64,000 nt of DNA from positions 102,734,001 to 102,798,000 of the forward strand of contig OX597814.1 of NCBI GenBank assembly GCA_951406725.2. Direction: 5' to 3'. The notes below the pieces were generated by a model. It saw only the letters and a list, made by a program, of their open reading frames with translations, searched no databases and was not told the DNA's origin. This DNA comes from Octopus vulgaris. Lineage: Eukaryota. Shown here one piece after another: positions 1 to 13,117 of the stretch. A program made the position numbers and the translations under genes. Every line of letters starts with the position of its first letter. Position 1 is the stretch's first letter.

Positions 1-840
1 GGCTATCTGATGTGGTGGTTATTAGTTATCTAGTCCACTAGAAAGCCAATTATGACTTTAAAAACGAAGGAGACATAACTCCATTGGACCTCCTCAAAAA
101 TGCAAAGTCCAAAGAAAAACTTAAAGACATTATTCCCACCACAAATACTATGTAGGTTGCCTGAAGTTAATACATGAAATTCCATCCCTGGGGTCATGTT
201 CAAAAAATAAATCATAGCAAGTTCAGACTCCAAACATTGAAGAAAAGGAAATCCAAACTGTGGCAGAGTAAGTTGAGACTTCAAAGATTGAAGCGAAGAA
301 AGTCCAAATGGTGACAGAAACTTGTGTGTGTGTGAGTTTGTGGAGAAGGTCCTGACGACATTACAGACAGTTGAATGTGCAAAGGTCGAGGATAAGAAAG
401 TACAGACCGATTGACAGCCAGTAGAGGCTACATCCCAGTAAGTTGATTCTTAAAACCTGGAAGAAAAGGATCTCCGGAAGGAGTCACGTCAGTTAGGAAG
501 TAAATGGTAGCAAGTCGGAATTTTCTTGGGAATTAAAACCATTCACAGGCAAATTATCAAGTATAACAATCCTTTGAACATTATGAACATAGTTCAGGAA
601 TGACGTGCAATGGTTCAGAAGTTGTAATCTAGATAAACGGCCACACAAATCACGAAAAGAGGCTGTTAAAGAAAGTAAGTGTTTAACTGCCCTTGAGTAT
701 CTATCATTAGTCAAAGAAGGGAGATGTGTGTAAATGCTGTTGCTCTTTAATCCCAGGCCTAACTTCACTAAACAGTGACCCATGATTAAATTCCTTCAAC
801 CAAAATCACCCTGTCTTTTCCTAAATGTAAACAACCCATC

Positions 841-2450
841 GAGAAACTGGTCTACAAGTTGCAAACGTGCGCCACATCAGGCAGGAGTATCCATAACAAC
901 CTCCATCTGATACGCTACATCATAGACAGGGTAGTTAAGGGACCTGGCACAGGCGGCGAGCTGATCAATTTGGATCAATCCAAAGCTTTCAATAGGCTAG
1001 ACCATCGATACTTGGAGACTGTCTTCATAGCAGCTGGTCTCAGTACTGTTTTTCGTGGTTAGATTGCTACCTTATACAACGCCATCCGTTCAGTAGTTTG
1101 TGTGAATGGGCATCTCTCTAGACCATTTGACATTGCCTGTTTGGTCCATTAGGGATGCCCCCTCTTGTCACTTCTGTACGCATTGACTCTTCTGTCGAAG
1201 CTGGCAATGTTAAGGGGCATCCCTCGAGAATTGGATGACATGCTAATGTCCAGCAACGGCCATATCGATCTGGTCGGCAAGACACTAAAAAAACACATAG
1301 CAGAAATGGGAGCAAAAGTTAACTGGGAAAAGTCAGTGGGCTTGCAGCTTAGAACCTGGAGAAGCAAGCCCATGCCGTCCAACTTCATCTCAGTCATGAG
1401 ACTCTGGACTGCTGGACCTGTTAAATTACTCGGGGTCTGGACCTCCAAATGGAGAAGTGGGACGAGGTAACGAGTAGGGTGGCTACTCTCACCCAGCAAT
1501 TAGCCGAAAGGAAGCTATCCTTAGAAGACTTAATTGGAATTTCAGAGGAAAAGAATGGAAAAGAGTATGAATATGTATGTGTTTTGTTAAGTCACTATTT
1601 TGATAGTGTAGAGGAGGTATGACGATGATCTTGGAGAGAACCTGGGTGTCGACAAATACCTAACCTGCCTGTTCAGGACATTTGGGCCAGGGCCTATGGA
1701 CAACTTCCAGAGATCCCTGGCCTGGCAGTGCTAACGAGAAGCACCACCTGTTTGAGATAAGCTCTACAGGCATGGCTCTAGAAGCACCGAGTCAACCTGC
1801 CCGAGATACAGTCAGAGCGACGAATCCGTTCTGCATGCACTCGCGCAATGTCAAACCATTTCCAACCTGTGGGCTTTTGTCGAACAACTGTTATGTCGCG
1901 TATGGGACAAGTTGGTTTATCAGCCTAGTCTATCGTTGATATTGCCCTGCCTCCTTACTTCAAACGGGAAGGAAGAGCTGTTTTCAGTGTACTAGTGGCT
2001 ATGGCAAAAGAATGTGTATGGTGGACGCATTTGAAAGGCCTTGAAACAAAAACTTCCCTCTTTGGTCATTCCCTCTTTGGTCAATCACTCATCAACTTTT
2101 TCAAGTATCACTTGAAAAGGAAGGTGAGAGTATAGAGGGAAGTTTTGCCTAGTGAATGTTTCACGAAAAGATGGGTGAATGTAGCAAGGATGGAACCACC
2201 TTGAGCATAGTTCTATGAACCACAGAGAAAGAAAGTACTTCACTAAGGTACTTTTGTATTTCAATGCCCGAGGTTAGCATGGGCTTTTCTGTCCAAGGAT
2301 AAACCTAATGTGTTTTTTCACATTTTTACTGGGATACACAATCCCTTTTGATCGGAAATTTATTTTCTTCTTTTTCACTCTATTTTCTTTCTTCTCTCAA
2401 AAAGAAAAGCTCTACATGGTATTTTGTCTCCTGTGTGGCTAATAAAGAAA
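841..2450 (+). mobile_element. Degenerate, 5'-truncated Tx1/L1-clade LINE (RT to 3' end)
   Basis: Broken ORFs QTCATSGRSIHNNLHLIRY..LDQSKAFNRLDHRYL and GAKVNWEKSVGLQLRTWRSK..GPVKLLGVW are clearly homologous to the ORF2 at 60370-63745; ends in AATAAAGAAA at about 2441. Confidence 0.85.
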
Positions 2451-2489
2451 GTTAGGAGTCATATCATTCTATCAGGTTTGCTGAATTTG

Positions 2490-2960
2490 GTTTGTTCAGC
2501 AAGACTAGCCTCCACACTATGGCATCTATCCAGCTTTGGTATTACGGAACTATAACCATACATTTACAATTTAAGTTCGTTCCAATACATTCCAGTAATT
2601 TACACATTTGCTGTGACATATCCACTGGTTTTATCAGACCTTTTGTGCCAGAGAAACATAGACATATTTTCTCTGTATTACATAATCTTTCTCACCCTGG
2701 ATAGGCAGCAACAATTAAATTTATTAGCAATCATTTTGTTTGACTCGGAATGAACAAGGACATATGTACACGGGCACAATCCTGTTTAAAATAAAAGTCT
2801 AAAGTACATTGATAAATCAAAACACCTCTTGGTACTAATGCAAATCCAGATGCTAGGTTCCAGCATGTTCACAGTCGTTGTGGCTCCTTTACCATCCGTG
2901 AATGGTAATTCTTATTTGTTGACCTGCATCAACTGTGTTTCGAGCTGACCAAAAGCCACA
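2490..2960 (+). mobile_element. Gypsy-like LTR retrotransposon integrase fragment
   Basis: CDISTGFIRPFVPEKHRHIFSVLHNLSHPG (zinc-binding region), then PDARFQHVH and LPSVNGNSYLLTCI remnants with stops. Confidence 0.65.
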
Positions 2961-3409
2961 ACAATCAAGGACATATCACCAACAACAATTGTACAAACTT
3001 TTTTAAAAAAACTAGCTTCACTTTTTTTTTTTCAAATTCATTAATTTCTTAGGTTTACATAGAATCACAACAGATCATCCCCAAGCAAACGGAATGATTG
3101 CAAAGACATTTCACTAAAAATGGTCAGAAGCTCAACCTCTAATATTATTAAGGATAAGATCCACTAGCATACGGTTAAATGTTTGAAGAGTCAATCCATG
3201 TGCTGCAACATAATCCTACAGATTAGATTTCCAGACTCCCACGATTTACATCCAATTTATCCATCTTTCCATTTACAGACACCAAAGGCTCACATTCCTT
3301 CAGACATTAAAACATCTGCATTCAAGAATATGAAAATACAATTGGAAAAGATTACCAAAACATGTGATCCTGATATTAAAATAAAACAATAGCATCAAGG
3401 CTAACATCC

Positions 3410-3650
3410 TGAAACATTGTCTGAGACAGGAAGGGCCACGTAGCGAGAATGAGAGAAACGAGGATGCTGCACCAAATTTTATATGGTGAACTTTCCACTG
3501 GAAGAACGCTCTGTGACCATCCCTTCCATTGATACAAGGATCAGCTGAGGCAAAGGCTAAAACTGACTGGCATCAATCCCAAAGCCAGGGATATTGAAGC
3601 TGAGGACAAACTTGAAAAATAAACAAGAGAAACACAAATGCAAACCATTT
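3410..3650 (+). mobile_element. RTE-clade LINE ORF2 C-terminal fragment
   Basis: Remnant ILYGELSTGR..YKDQLRQRLKLTGINP, typical of the RTE post-RT region. Confidence 0.5.
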
Positions 3651-3679
3651 CCTCCACTCTGCGACAAGGGATTAAGATC

Positions 3680-4720
3680 TGCAGAAGGAGTGGTAGTACC
3701 AACTGCATCACAGAAACAGATTTTACATGAATTTCATAATGGACACCTGAGGATGTCGAGAATGAAAGCTTTGAAAAGGAGTTGTGAGTATTGGCTGACA
3801 CTGGACCAGGACATTGAAAATTTGGTTAAATCTTGTAGCCAAGGCACCACAAGTGAAATACCAATCATGGCCTGAGACAGACAGAGTCCAATGTCTGAAG
3901 TCCATATAGACTACACTGGACCAGTGAATAGAGACTACTACTTGATCGTTGTTGATAGCTTTATCAAGTGGTCGAAAGTCAATGGGTGCAGTCAACCAAC
4001 CTCAAAGTTCCTGCATCAACTTTTTGCTCGATACAGTATTCCAGACACCATAGTATTGGACAATAGAACATAATTTACAGGATATGTTCAAGAAATTGTA
4101 CAAAATGCATGCTATCAAGTATGTTTACCCCACTCTACACCCGAGGTCAAATGGGCAAGCACAACGATTTGTAGATACTTTCAAGTAAGTGTTAGAGAGA
4201 GAGAGAGAGAAAAAAGAAAAAAAGGAATGAGTTAGGAAACGATGAAGTACTAACTAAATTCTTATGGGTGTACAGAATAACGCTCAATCTGAATATCAGC
4301 TCAGGCATGTTGCCTGCAGATCTAATGTTCATTCGAAAGATTAAATCGATCATCGACAAATTGTTGCCAAAGGGAAAAATGTATAAAGACAGAAAAAATT
4401 CAATGAAACATTTTGATGTCAGAGACAAAGTTCATTTCGAAGTCTACAAAAACGGTACACAGAGTTGGCAGGATGGTGTAGTGATTAAAAGAATTGGTAA
4501 CATGATCTATTTAATAAAGGGCCAACACTGGGCACATAAACAACACCTAAATCAAATATAGAATACACATAGAATACACATACAGAAAAAAAGGAAGGAA
4601 ATTCCAAGGAAAGTGCTTTACGAGATGTTCAATGTGCCACCACCGAAAGAGATTGAGCAGTAACAGAAAATTTAAATAGACTAAATATTCAGATATAATT
4701 CCTAAGCAGAAAAGGTACTG
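3680..4720 (+). mobile_element. Gypsy (K02A2.6-like) integrase region, degenerate
   Basis: VVVPTASQKQILHEFHNGH..MKAL..YWLTLDQDIENLVKSC (HHCC region), VHIDYTGP..LIVVDSF (catalytic D), HPRSNGQAQRFVDTFK, and a C-terminal WQDGVVIKRIGNMIY. Confidence 0.8.
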
Positions 4721-6062
4721 AATTCCCTAAGGAACAAAATTCTGCCTGATTTTTATATAGGACCGGATTTAAACTGAAGGGAACCCTGGGCATTTCAAAA
4801 CTGGTGGGCCTCTCAGAGACCAGACTGAAAATTTTGGAAAATCAATCTTAAACTCGTATATTGCTGTAATTTACTTTAATTTTTGTAGGACTATTTCTTG
4901 TCACCTTATCGCACTAATTGGTAATTTATATAAATAGATTTATAGAAACAAATATCTGAAGTTCTAAAATAATTAAAACATAGAATTTTAAAAAAATGTA
5001 GTCTAATTCGACTTGAGTTAAAAGACTATACCTCTGTAGGATGGTTGAAAATGTTATGACTGATACCTTAAAAATATCTTAAAAACACAGAACTTTGTAG
5101 GGAGTTCTGAGTGAAGCACACCATTTAATCCATTGTAACATTTTATTTTGGGAGCATTTTCAGAAATTTTTGGCGAATTTGTGTTCTAAACAATTTCTCT
5201 ATGATTATACAAAAAATTTTGACATTGCATCTGTTATTTGGAAATCGTTATATCTCTCCTATTTTTTTTATTAAGGCATATCACTTCCCATTGTGACCTT
5301 TAAGGGAGATTTAATTGTTTCTGACATCCCACAACCACCTGGAACATTCCTCATTTCTTTGTCACTGACATGTATTGATGGGTTTCAAAATTTTGCTCCC
5401 CATCATTTTATCAAATGATGATTCTGAAGTAACAGTTTTTTTTCATCCCAAGGGTGGAACACTGTTCCGAAGTAAGTGAAAAAAAAAATCAACACCACAC
5501 AGAATAAAGGCAGTCCATTAGTGTGTGTGTGTGTGTAAGAAAAAAAGATATTTACTAACCGATAATTATGCTATCAAAACAATTTATCATTTACATACGT
5601 CTGAAATCTCTGCAGAAATCCTAGCAAAGTCCTTTTCACTGCCACTATGAAAAATACCAGTGAAGTCTAATTCAAGAATCTGCAAAGTTTTATGGGGTGG
5701 GGCTGGCTTAGATGAAAAAATTTAAGCCAAAAAAATATATTTTGCATAATCGTACGAGATATTTCAAAACACAGATTTGTAAAAATTTTCAACACCAAAA
5801 AGCTAAAAATTCATCACCCTTTACATGGTGTCATTCAATCTGTAATTAATAATAGGAGGCCATGTGCATGCGCAAGTTTTAAAAATTTTGAATTTGGATT
5901 TCCAATGAATTCAAGCATAATTTATACGAAAGGCTTCTTTCAGTTTCCATCTACCAAATGGCTTCACAAGGCTTTAATCAGCCCATGTGGTTGAGAAGCA
6001 AACTTCTTAACCACACAGCCACTCATGTAGACAATGAAAAAATAGATATAGGACTAAAGATA

Positions 6063-6255
6063 TAGGCGGTGAGCTGGCAGAAACGTTAACACGCCGGGTG
6101 AAATGCGTAGCCGTATTTCGTCTGCTGTTACGTTCTGAGTTCAAATTCCACCCAAGTCGACTTTGCCTTTCATCCTTTCGGGGTCGATAAATTAAGTACC
6201 AGTTACACACTGGGGTCGATGTAATCGACTTAATCCATTTGTCTGTCCTTGTTTG
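6063..6255 (+). mobile_element. tRNA-derived SINE with Nin/Deu-like core
   Basis: Head GGCGGTGAGCTGGCAG..GAGTTCAAATTCC (A/B-box-like) and core GCCTTTCATCCTTTCGGGGTCGATAAATTAAGTACC; a close copy lies at 16647-16819 on the minus strand. Confidence 0.75.
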
Positions 6256-6334
6256 TAATAAAGAAGCAGATATAGGACTAAAAAATTATACAAATATCAA
6301 GAGACAAATCGTCCTAAATCTCTAAAAATATTAC

Positions 6335-6442
6335 CAGCCATTGCAGGTCTCCCCAAGCACTGTGACTACAAGATGAGCACTCACTGAGTCTGGTTTCACT
6401 AACAGCATGGTTCTTGGAGGCCTTCAACAACAACCAATGAAT
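6335..6442 (-). pseudogene. KIFC1: Kinesin-14 (KIFC1-like) pseudo-exon 3, switch I region
   Basis: After acceptor cctttgcAG it reads IHWLLLKASKNHAVSETRLSECSSCSHSA, a decayed A..NRAV.ET..NERSSRSHSV. GETCNG follows in a shifted frame, implying an internal deletion. Probable donor GTAATA. Confidence 0.75.
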
Positions 6443-7290
6443 CTGCAAAGGAAATTCAATCAACACGTTTAAATATTATAAAGCAAAAAAAAAAAAAAAA
6501 GAAAGAAAGGAAGCAGTGAAGTATATAACTGTAATGGTATTACCAGTTTAAATGTGTGTGTGGTACGTTTGGCTTTGTAAATAAGTCATTCACTGTTTTG
6601 TCATGTGTTTCTCCATGACAAAACAGTAAATCAAAATGTGCCACATGCAAATATGAACTGGTAATAACATTGCATTTAAAGTAGAACCCTTCTGTTAAAA
6701 TTTGCCGTTAATTTATCTTCCAAACACCAGATTAATACTGATAAAGTTATTTTATTATTAAATCCTTTAATATTCTTGAAATTTATGGAAATAAAAGCAT
6801 GTATTTGAACAAAAATATAGTAATGTAAAGGATTAAACCTTCATCCACTTCATTAAAGCATATTTTCTATGACCAGTTTGCTCTTCCTGTCATCATAGCT
6901 CACATGTTAGCAAGAAAATATTTCCTGTAGAAATCACTCAAACAGCACAATGGCCAAAAATAATTTCATGACAGACTGCAAACAAACAACACTGCTTCTA
7001 TGACAGTGACATTTGTTTACAACTAGCACAATCTCAACATAAATAGACACAAACATACACACTATACTCATGCAGACACACACAATGGGCTTTTTTTCAG
7101 CTTCCATCTACCAAATCCTCTCTCAAGGATTTAATGGGTTAGAGACTTGGTGTAGAAGAAACTGGACCACAGCATCATCCAATGGAAGTGAACCCAAAAC
7201 CACAAGGTTGCAAAACAAGCCTCTTAAAAACACACTCACAGTTACATCTATGTTACTGTAATAATGAAATTTGCAGCAATCTTTTCTTAC

Positions 7291-7446
7291 CTGGGCTCAA
7301 GATGCAACTGCAACACTAGTCCCATTGCTAACATTCATTGCACCTGATTTGTCAGCAGCCATTTAGACATCGTTCTTCTCTTTGTCATTCAGCAAATCAT
7401 GAATGGCTTCATTGTAAATCTCAAGGAAGGACACATTGAATTCATA
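7291..7446 (-). pseudogene. KIFC1: Kinesin-14 (KIFC1-like) pseudo-exon 2
   Basis: ttttctatttcAG / YEFNVSFLEIYNEAIHDLLNDKEKNDV*MAADKSGAMNVSNGTSVAVAS*AQ / GTAAGA; carries the kinesin SFLEIYNE..DLL motif with two in-frame stops. Confidence 0.88.
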
Positions 7447-7627
7447 CTGAAATAGAAAAGTAAAGACTAGATGAACGAACAGCAACAAGAGCAACCAGAG
7501 ATCAACAGATTTTGTTTTAATGAGAGGAGCTATATCCTATTACACAAAGTGTAATATGGTTGACAAAGGGAGAATAAGAATAAGGATCAGGTTAAAACCC
7601 TAAGCACATTCCTTTTGGTCACTTAAG

Positions 7628-7840
7628 CCCTTTAGCATTTGAACTGACAATATTTGGCAGAAATAGTCTACCTGTTTTATGTCCAAATTGGCCAAATCCA
7701 ACCTCTCACACCTACCAAACAATGTTATTCTAAAAATAATCACATCATTGTAAAATCTTGGAGCTTCAGTATAATTCATGATTAATTGAAAATAATGTGA
7801 ATAAATAGGCATTGCATAGAATTATCTGAATGCTAAAGGG
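7628..7840. mobile_element. piggyBac-like (TTAA) MITE
   Basis: Termini CCCTTTAGCATT ... AATGCTAAAGGG with degenerate TTAA-like flanks. Confidence 0.55.
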
Positions 7841-8539
7841 TAAAAAAAGGCCGTGTCCAGTCCAAATATTCCACCTGTTTTACATTCCAACCACTCAAAT
7901 GCTAAAATTAAAGTGTATTCTAAAATGGATGTGTTACAGGATTTTAAATAAAAAGATTTCATTTCAAGATTACATGGCATCTTGGACCTACAACTAGATT
8001 GAAGAACACAGACAAGCCATGACACATTGAGCCTGAAGAAATCAAAGTTACAAAAGAAAAAAAAATGAATCAATCACCATCCTTTGCTTCCGATATGTAT
8101 TACCCCAGCAAATTGCAATTTGAAGGAAAAATGCTCCTTTAACCTAGGATTTGGCAAAAGGGTCAATATTAACCCCTGCAGGTCTATATAACAATGAAAC
8201 AATTTTGAACATTAGGGGTGCTAACAATTTAGCACCCCTAAATCTGGAAGAACAGTAAGTTGAAGCTAAAACTGCCAAATATCAATGTAATAACTAGTCT
8301 TCAAATATTCCTCCAATATCAATAGAATATGACTAAATTTTTGTTGCTCTTTCGCAATTTCATTTAATTTCTTTAAATATTAATTAGATAAAAAAAAAGA
8401 ATGGAAGAATTATTTTCTAACTGGGAAATCTTTTTATTATCATTTCTAATTTTTGATTTAGAAATTTATATGATGGGGGTCAATAAGTTATTAACGACTG
8501 CAAGAAAGGGACAAGGACATAAATTTGCTGCCAAACCCC

Positions 8540-8800
8540 ATAAAAATATGAGAGAAAGAAAATGGAATTCATGAGAATCTTTTATTATTTGCTATGATCA
8601 CTATGACTCATCAGGGGGGATGCTATACAAATAGGTGCATCATAGGGGTGGATGACTTACAAAAAGCTATCTCATCTTAATCTGTTTCACTTATTTCTAT
8701 TGAAATACATTTTGGTAGTCATGTGTAACTTGTCTACATGATCAGAGTGAATAATAGAAGGGTCTCGTGATTTCCATTTTCTTTCTCTCATATTTTATAA
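8540..8800. repeat. Diverged ~60-bp inverted repeats (MITE-like)
   Basis: ATAAAAATATGAGAGAAAGAAAATGGAA at ~8540 versus TTCCATTTTCTTTCTCTCATATTTTAT at ~8773-8799. Confidence 0.5.
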
Positions 8801-9369
8801 ACTCAATGGACACAAAGGAATTCCTGAAATAAATCCAGTGGCATATACATCTATACTATTAATGACATCAGGGAACCAAATACCAGAAACGGGCTTTAAA
8901 CAGCATATTACAATGAGTTTATCTGCCATTTACTGAATCTGAGACATTTTCGGGTAAGTTACAAGTGCATTTTTAGGGTTTTCTGCCAACCAACCAATTC
9001 AATGATTTTACTAAGATTTGGTGTACAGGAAGTACTTGTGCAGATGAATAATTTCCAGTGGGTGTAGCTTGCACTGCACTACCCTCACCTATTGGCTGAA
9101 GAAGACTTTTTAGCTGGTGTGACATGAAAATTGGCAAAACCAAGAACTTCCAAGTTTTATTTCGGAGATTTCCTTCTTCTAAGTTAAAGAGCTTCTACCT
9201 GCCCAAGAGGTAAGCCATCCCATTTTAGGCACCAAACCGACACCTAAACACTCTATAAAATGATTGAATATTACAGATATACACACATACATGCATACAC
9301 ACAATAGAGTTGACAGAGGAACAATAATTGTCAATGTCTATTTATAAGAATTTATATTTATCCTTATTT

Positions 9370-10210
9370 TGAATGTTAGTAAACCAACTAATAGCCTTAA
9401 CTATTTAACCACAGTTCAAGAGATACTTTATTTCTAAGCATAGGTATGGATTTATCTAAAATTGTTTTACTTAATCTACCTAAGTCCAACTTACCAGGGC
9501 ATCTAACCTTTGGGTCAATTTGGAAGTTATCACTATGGTCTTGTTTGTTTTGTCCAAGTACACAATAATTCCATCCTTGGATTTTAGGTTTGTTATTAAA
9601 TCCTTGGGTTTTTTTTCTAGTGTGCATTTACTCTAAGTGGATGTTTGAGAAATTTAATATGTTTGATTTACAGTCCATAATTGAGTGTGTCTGTCTGTAT
9701 CAGAATAACCGTTATGACGAGATACAACTGCATATACACACCAATTTAAAATATCCTCAACCTATGAGCATTGATTGATTGATTCTTGAACTGCATGTTT
9801 TTTAGGGGTTTTTTTATATGTGTAAATGTCTATGTATTTACACTTTTTTTTTTATCTCTCATAATGGGATATTTTAATTCTGTTATTTATTTTACATTTA
9901 TATTATTCATTTAAAATTTTCATTATTTTAATTTTACTTTTTATTTTATTCTTTACCTTATTACTCATTATATTCCAAATGATCTGTCAACCATTCACCC
10001 ACACATAAGAATACAAAAATAATAACTCCTTATTTAGTCTGCTTGCAAGAATGGAAGGGTCCATGTGTAATATCTTCATGTATATCTTTCTCTGATGAAA
10101 TTATGCTCATAACACATAAATGCAAACTTAAAGCATAAATTCGTAATTTACCTATTGAGCACTAATGGAAATGGCTGTAAGAAGTAAAGATTAACAATCT
10201 TTTAATGATA
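9370..10210. mobile_element. Penelope-like element remnant: minus-strand RT fragment joined to a plus-strand pLTR
   Basis: Minus ORF DHSDNFQIDPKVR..GKLDLGRLSKTILDKSIPMLRNKVSLELWLNS resembles the PLE RT N-terminal motif KDHK.NF...P..RLINP.KS.LG..SK.IL; an oppositely oriented terminal region carries a hammerhead motif. Confidence 0.65.
10088..10183 (+). ncRNA. Type I hammerhead ribozyme motif (decayed)
   Basis: Stem I TTCT/AGAA, CTGATGA at 10092-10098, stem II TGCTCA/TGAGCA, GAAA at 10168-10171, TGGCTG, cleavage triplet GTA ending at 10179. Confidence 0.55.
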
Positions 10211-10280
10211 AATAATTATCTTAACTCTCCAGTTTCTTTCCTTCATTTAACTGAACATAAACTTTACACACACACAAACA

Positions 10281-10493
10281 CAAGGGGTGCTGAAAAGTTC
10301 CTGGTTTTAAGTGTATCATGAAAGGCTTGGCTGGAGGCCCAACCTTCTTAGTTCTTTTATAGGGCTTAGAAAAACTGAAGGACCATTGCAAAAAGTGTGT
10401 GAATCTGAGAGGTGAATATGTTCAATAAAATCATAACTGTTCCCCAATGTATTTTCTTTTACCCAAAATCAAGAATTTTTCAGTACCCCTCAT
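10281..10493 (+). mobile_element. Mariner-derived MITE (deletion derivative)
   Basis: TIR-like ends AGGGGTGCTGAAAAGTTCCTGG / CAAGAATTTTTCAGTACCCCT; retains a transposase C-terminus GLEKLKDHCKKCVNLRGEYVQ*. Confidence 0.65.
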
Positions 10494-10777
10494 ATAAAAT
10501 AGTGTGTAGAATATCAGGCGTAAAAAGAAAAGGCCCTTTGAATAGGAAAGAGTTAAAGGCTGCCCATGAGACAGACGCATTTGTCGTATTAACAGATGTG
10601 GGTTGACCTTTGTTCCATCGAAGGATTTCTTTTAACCCAATATTCTACTTGCTGTTATTGAAAGCTTTATCTATTTTGAGTTCCTCCATGAAAAAAAATT
10701 TACTTCAATTCTCATAAATTTTTAAAATTCTTATAATGTAAGCATATTATTCATATACGTGTGTATGTATATATATA

Positions 10778-11030
10778 TCATCATCATCATTTAATGTCCA
10801 TTTTCCATGCTGGCATGGGTTGGATGGCTTGACAAAGGTCTGGAAAGCCAGCGGCTGTGCCAGGCTCCAATCTGATCTGGCAATGTTTCCACAGCTAGGT
10901 GCCCTTCCTAACAACAATCACCCCGAAGAGTGTAGTGGGTGCTTTTTACGTGCCACCGGCACAGGAGCCAGTTAGGCGAGCCTGGCATCGATCATATTCA
11001 GATAGTACTTTTTACATGCCTTTGGCACAG
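10778..11030 (-). mobile_element. SINE 3' portion with (GAT)n tail
   Basis: (ATC)n followed by TTTCCATGCTGGCATGGGTTGGA; same family as 42700-43062. Confidence 0.6.
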
Positions 11031-11885
11031 AGATATATACACACACAAATACATGAAAAAGTCCTTCCCATGACATGGGCTCATAAAACCAATATCTTGA
11101 ATTCTGTGGCGTATATATTCTCCCACTCCTGGATAAGATGCCAGTCTGTCACAGGATTACTCATCTTTGCCAGCAGCAACATGAAATTAAGTGTTTTGCT
11201 CAAGAACACAATGCATCACTCATTCCAGGAATCAAAACCACAATTTTATGATCATGAATGCAGCACCTGTGTGTGTGTGCCATTACTTAACTGATTAAGT
11301 TTTCACAACATTGAGTAAATAATTGTTACTTTTTATGTTATCAAATGGTTTAACAAAACAGATTAGTAAAAGTTAAAATATATGATAAGCCTGCGATATT
11401 TGAGTATATACACACACAATTTCCATAAAATTACGATTGACAAATCAAGAATGGAAAATCTTTAATCTCCATCATTCAAATGAAAATTTAAATGTCATTT
11501 ATTACTTTACATATATACTTTTCTCCCTCAAGACCTGTTTCTTAAAAATAACTTCCAACCTAAATGCTACCGGGATATTTCCCATGATAAAAATTGCTTT
11601 ACTGTCCTTTTTTTTTTCATTTCCATTTTTGTTGTTCTTAGTCCTAAGTAATCAAGAACCTGACCTTTTTCCTATTGATTAAAAATAACTCAAGGCTTCT
11701 GTCCTATGTTGTTCAAACATTTAAAATAGAAATCAAAATAGGTTATCACAGATTTCATTTCTGATAAAATCAAAATCATCATCATCGTTTTCAAGTCCTC
11801 CACCTTTCCATACCTGCATGGATATCAGAACATCTAATATCTTAAATTCACAACAGCAACATTTAATAACATCTTAAATTTTCAG

Positions 11886-12821
11886 AAACCCAGTTTTCAA
11901 TTTACAGCTGTTAATACATGGTACAACTTCATGTCAGCCAAAATATTGTGGCATGAGATACAATGATGAAGTTATGTAGTTAGTGTGGGACTAGATACCA
12001 GATAACCACAGATAACTTCAGTTCATAAGAACAACATTTAACAATGCCCATGGTTTGGGTTTCAGTTCAACCACACATAGTTGCACGTTGGGCCAAGTGC
12101 TTTCTACCACAGGCCCTGAACAATCAAGGCCTTGCAAGTGGATTTGGTAGGCAGAAACTGAAAAAATCCAGTTGTACACGTGTGACCTTATCTAGACATC
12201 ATCATCATACAAAGAAGGTTATTCGTTTCTAGTTTTCCATGAAAAACATGGCTAGCTATCAAAAAATGTTACCTTGCTTGCAAACAGACAAGAGATAATG
12301 ACAAGAGGGGCATCCAGCAAAAGAAAATATGCCTCAACAAATTCCATCTGACTCATGTAAGAAATGAAAAGTGGACATTAAATGACAGTCACAATGATGA
12401 CATGTACAACAGGTTTTATAGTTTCCAGCTCACAAATTCTTTCTCAAGGTCTTGTTTAGCCTGCATTTACTTGCCTATGGTGCCATGCAATAGGACAATC
12501 AGAAATCACACATTGCTGGCAACATCCTTCTAAATTTGAAATTTTAACCTGCCAAGGATAACTTTACATATTTCTTCCTCTGAGATTTAAGGAAATTAGT
12601 ATAAAAAAGAATATAGTCTATGTGGCCCAACGACATTAAACGACCAGAAAGAAATTGCTGACAACACAGCTAGTTATGTGGTACTAATGAATTCAAAAAC
12701 CCAGTTTTCAATTTACAGCTGTTAATACATGGTACAATTTCATGTCAGCCAAAATATTGTGGCATGAGATACAATGATGAAGTTATGTAGTTAGTGTGGG
12801 ACTAGATACCAGATAACCACA
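11886..12821 (+). repeat. 125-bp direct repeat pair (11886-12010 and 12697-12821)
   Basis: AAACCCAGTTTTCAATTTACAGCTG...GATAACCACA occurs twice with one visible mismatch. Confidence 0.9.
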
Positions 12822-13117
12822 AGTGGGATGGTTGATAGATCAGATCTAGACAGCAAATCAAAATAAGAACCACTGAGGATATCAAATCAAAAATTTCAAA
12901 TGAAGATAAATAATCACTGTTGAACTGACAAACAACAGATTAGACAATTGACTCAGTTAAGGAAACAGCAGCTAAAACTATACAAGGCAGCATATTTTAA
13001 CAGAAAAATAAAACCATACCAATATTCACAATCAGTTATAAACTCTTGAATAATCACCAAGAAGATTCACAAAATGTAAGATTTTTTTATATATCATGTT
13101 TTTAAATAGAAACTTAC

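Noticed and set aside
8212-8241. 13-bp perfect hairpin TTAGGGGTGCTAA/TTAGCACCCCTAA as terminator or ncRNA
   Set aside because: Resembles Tc1-type terminal sequence remnants; no other support.
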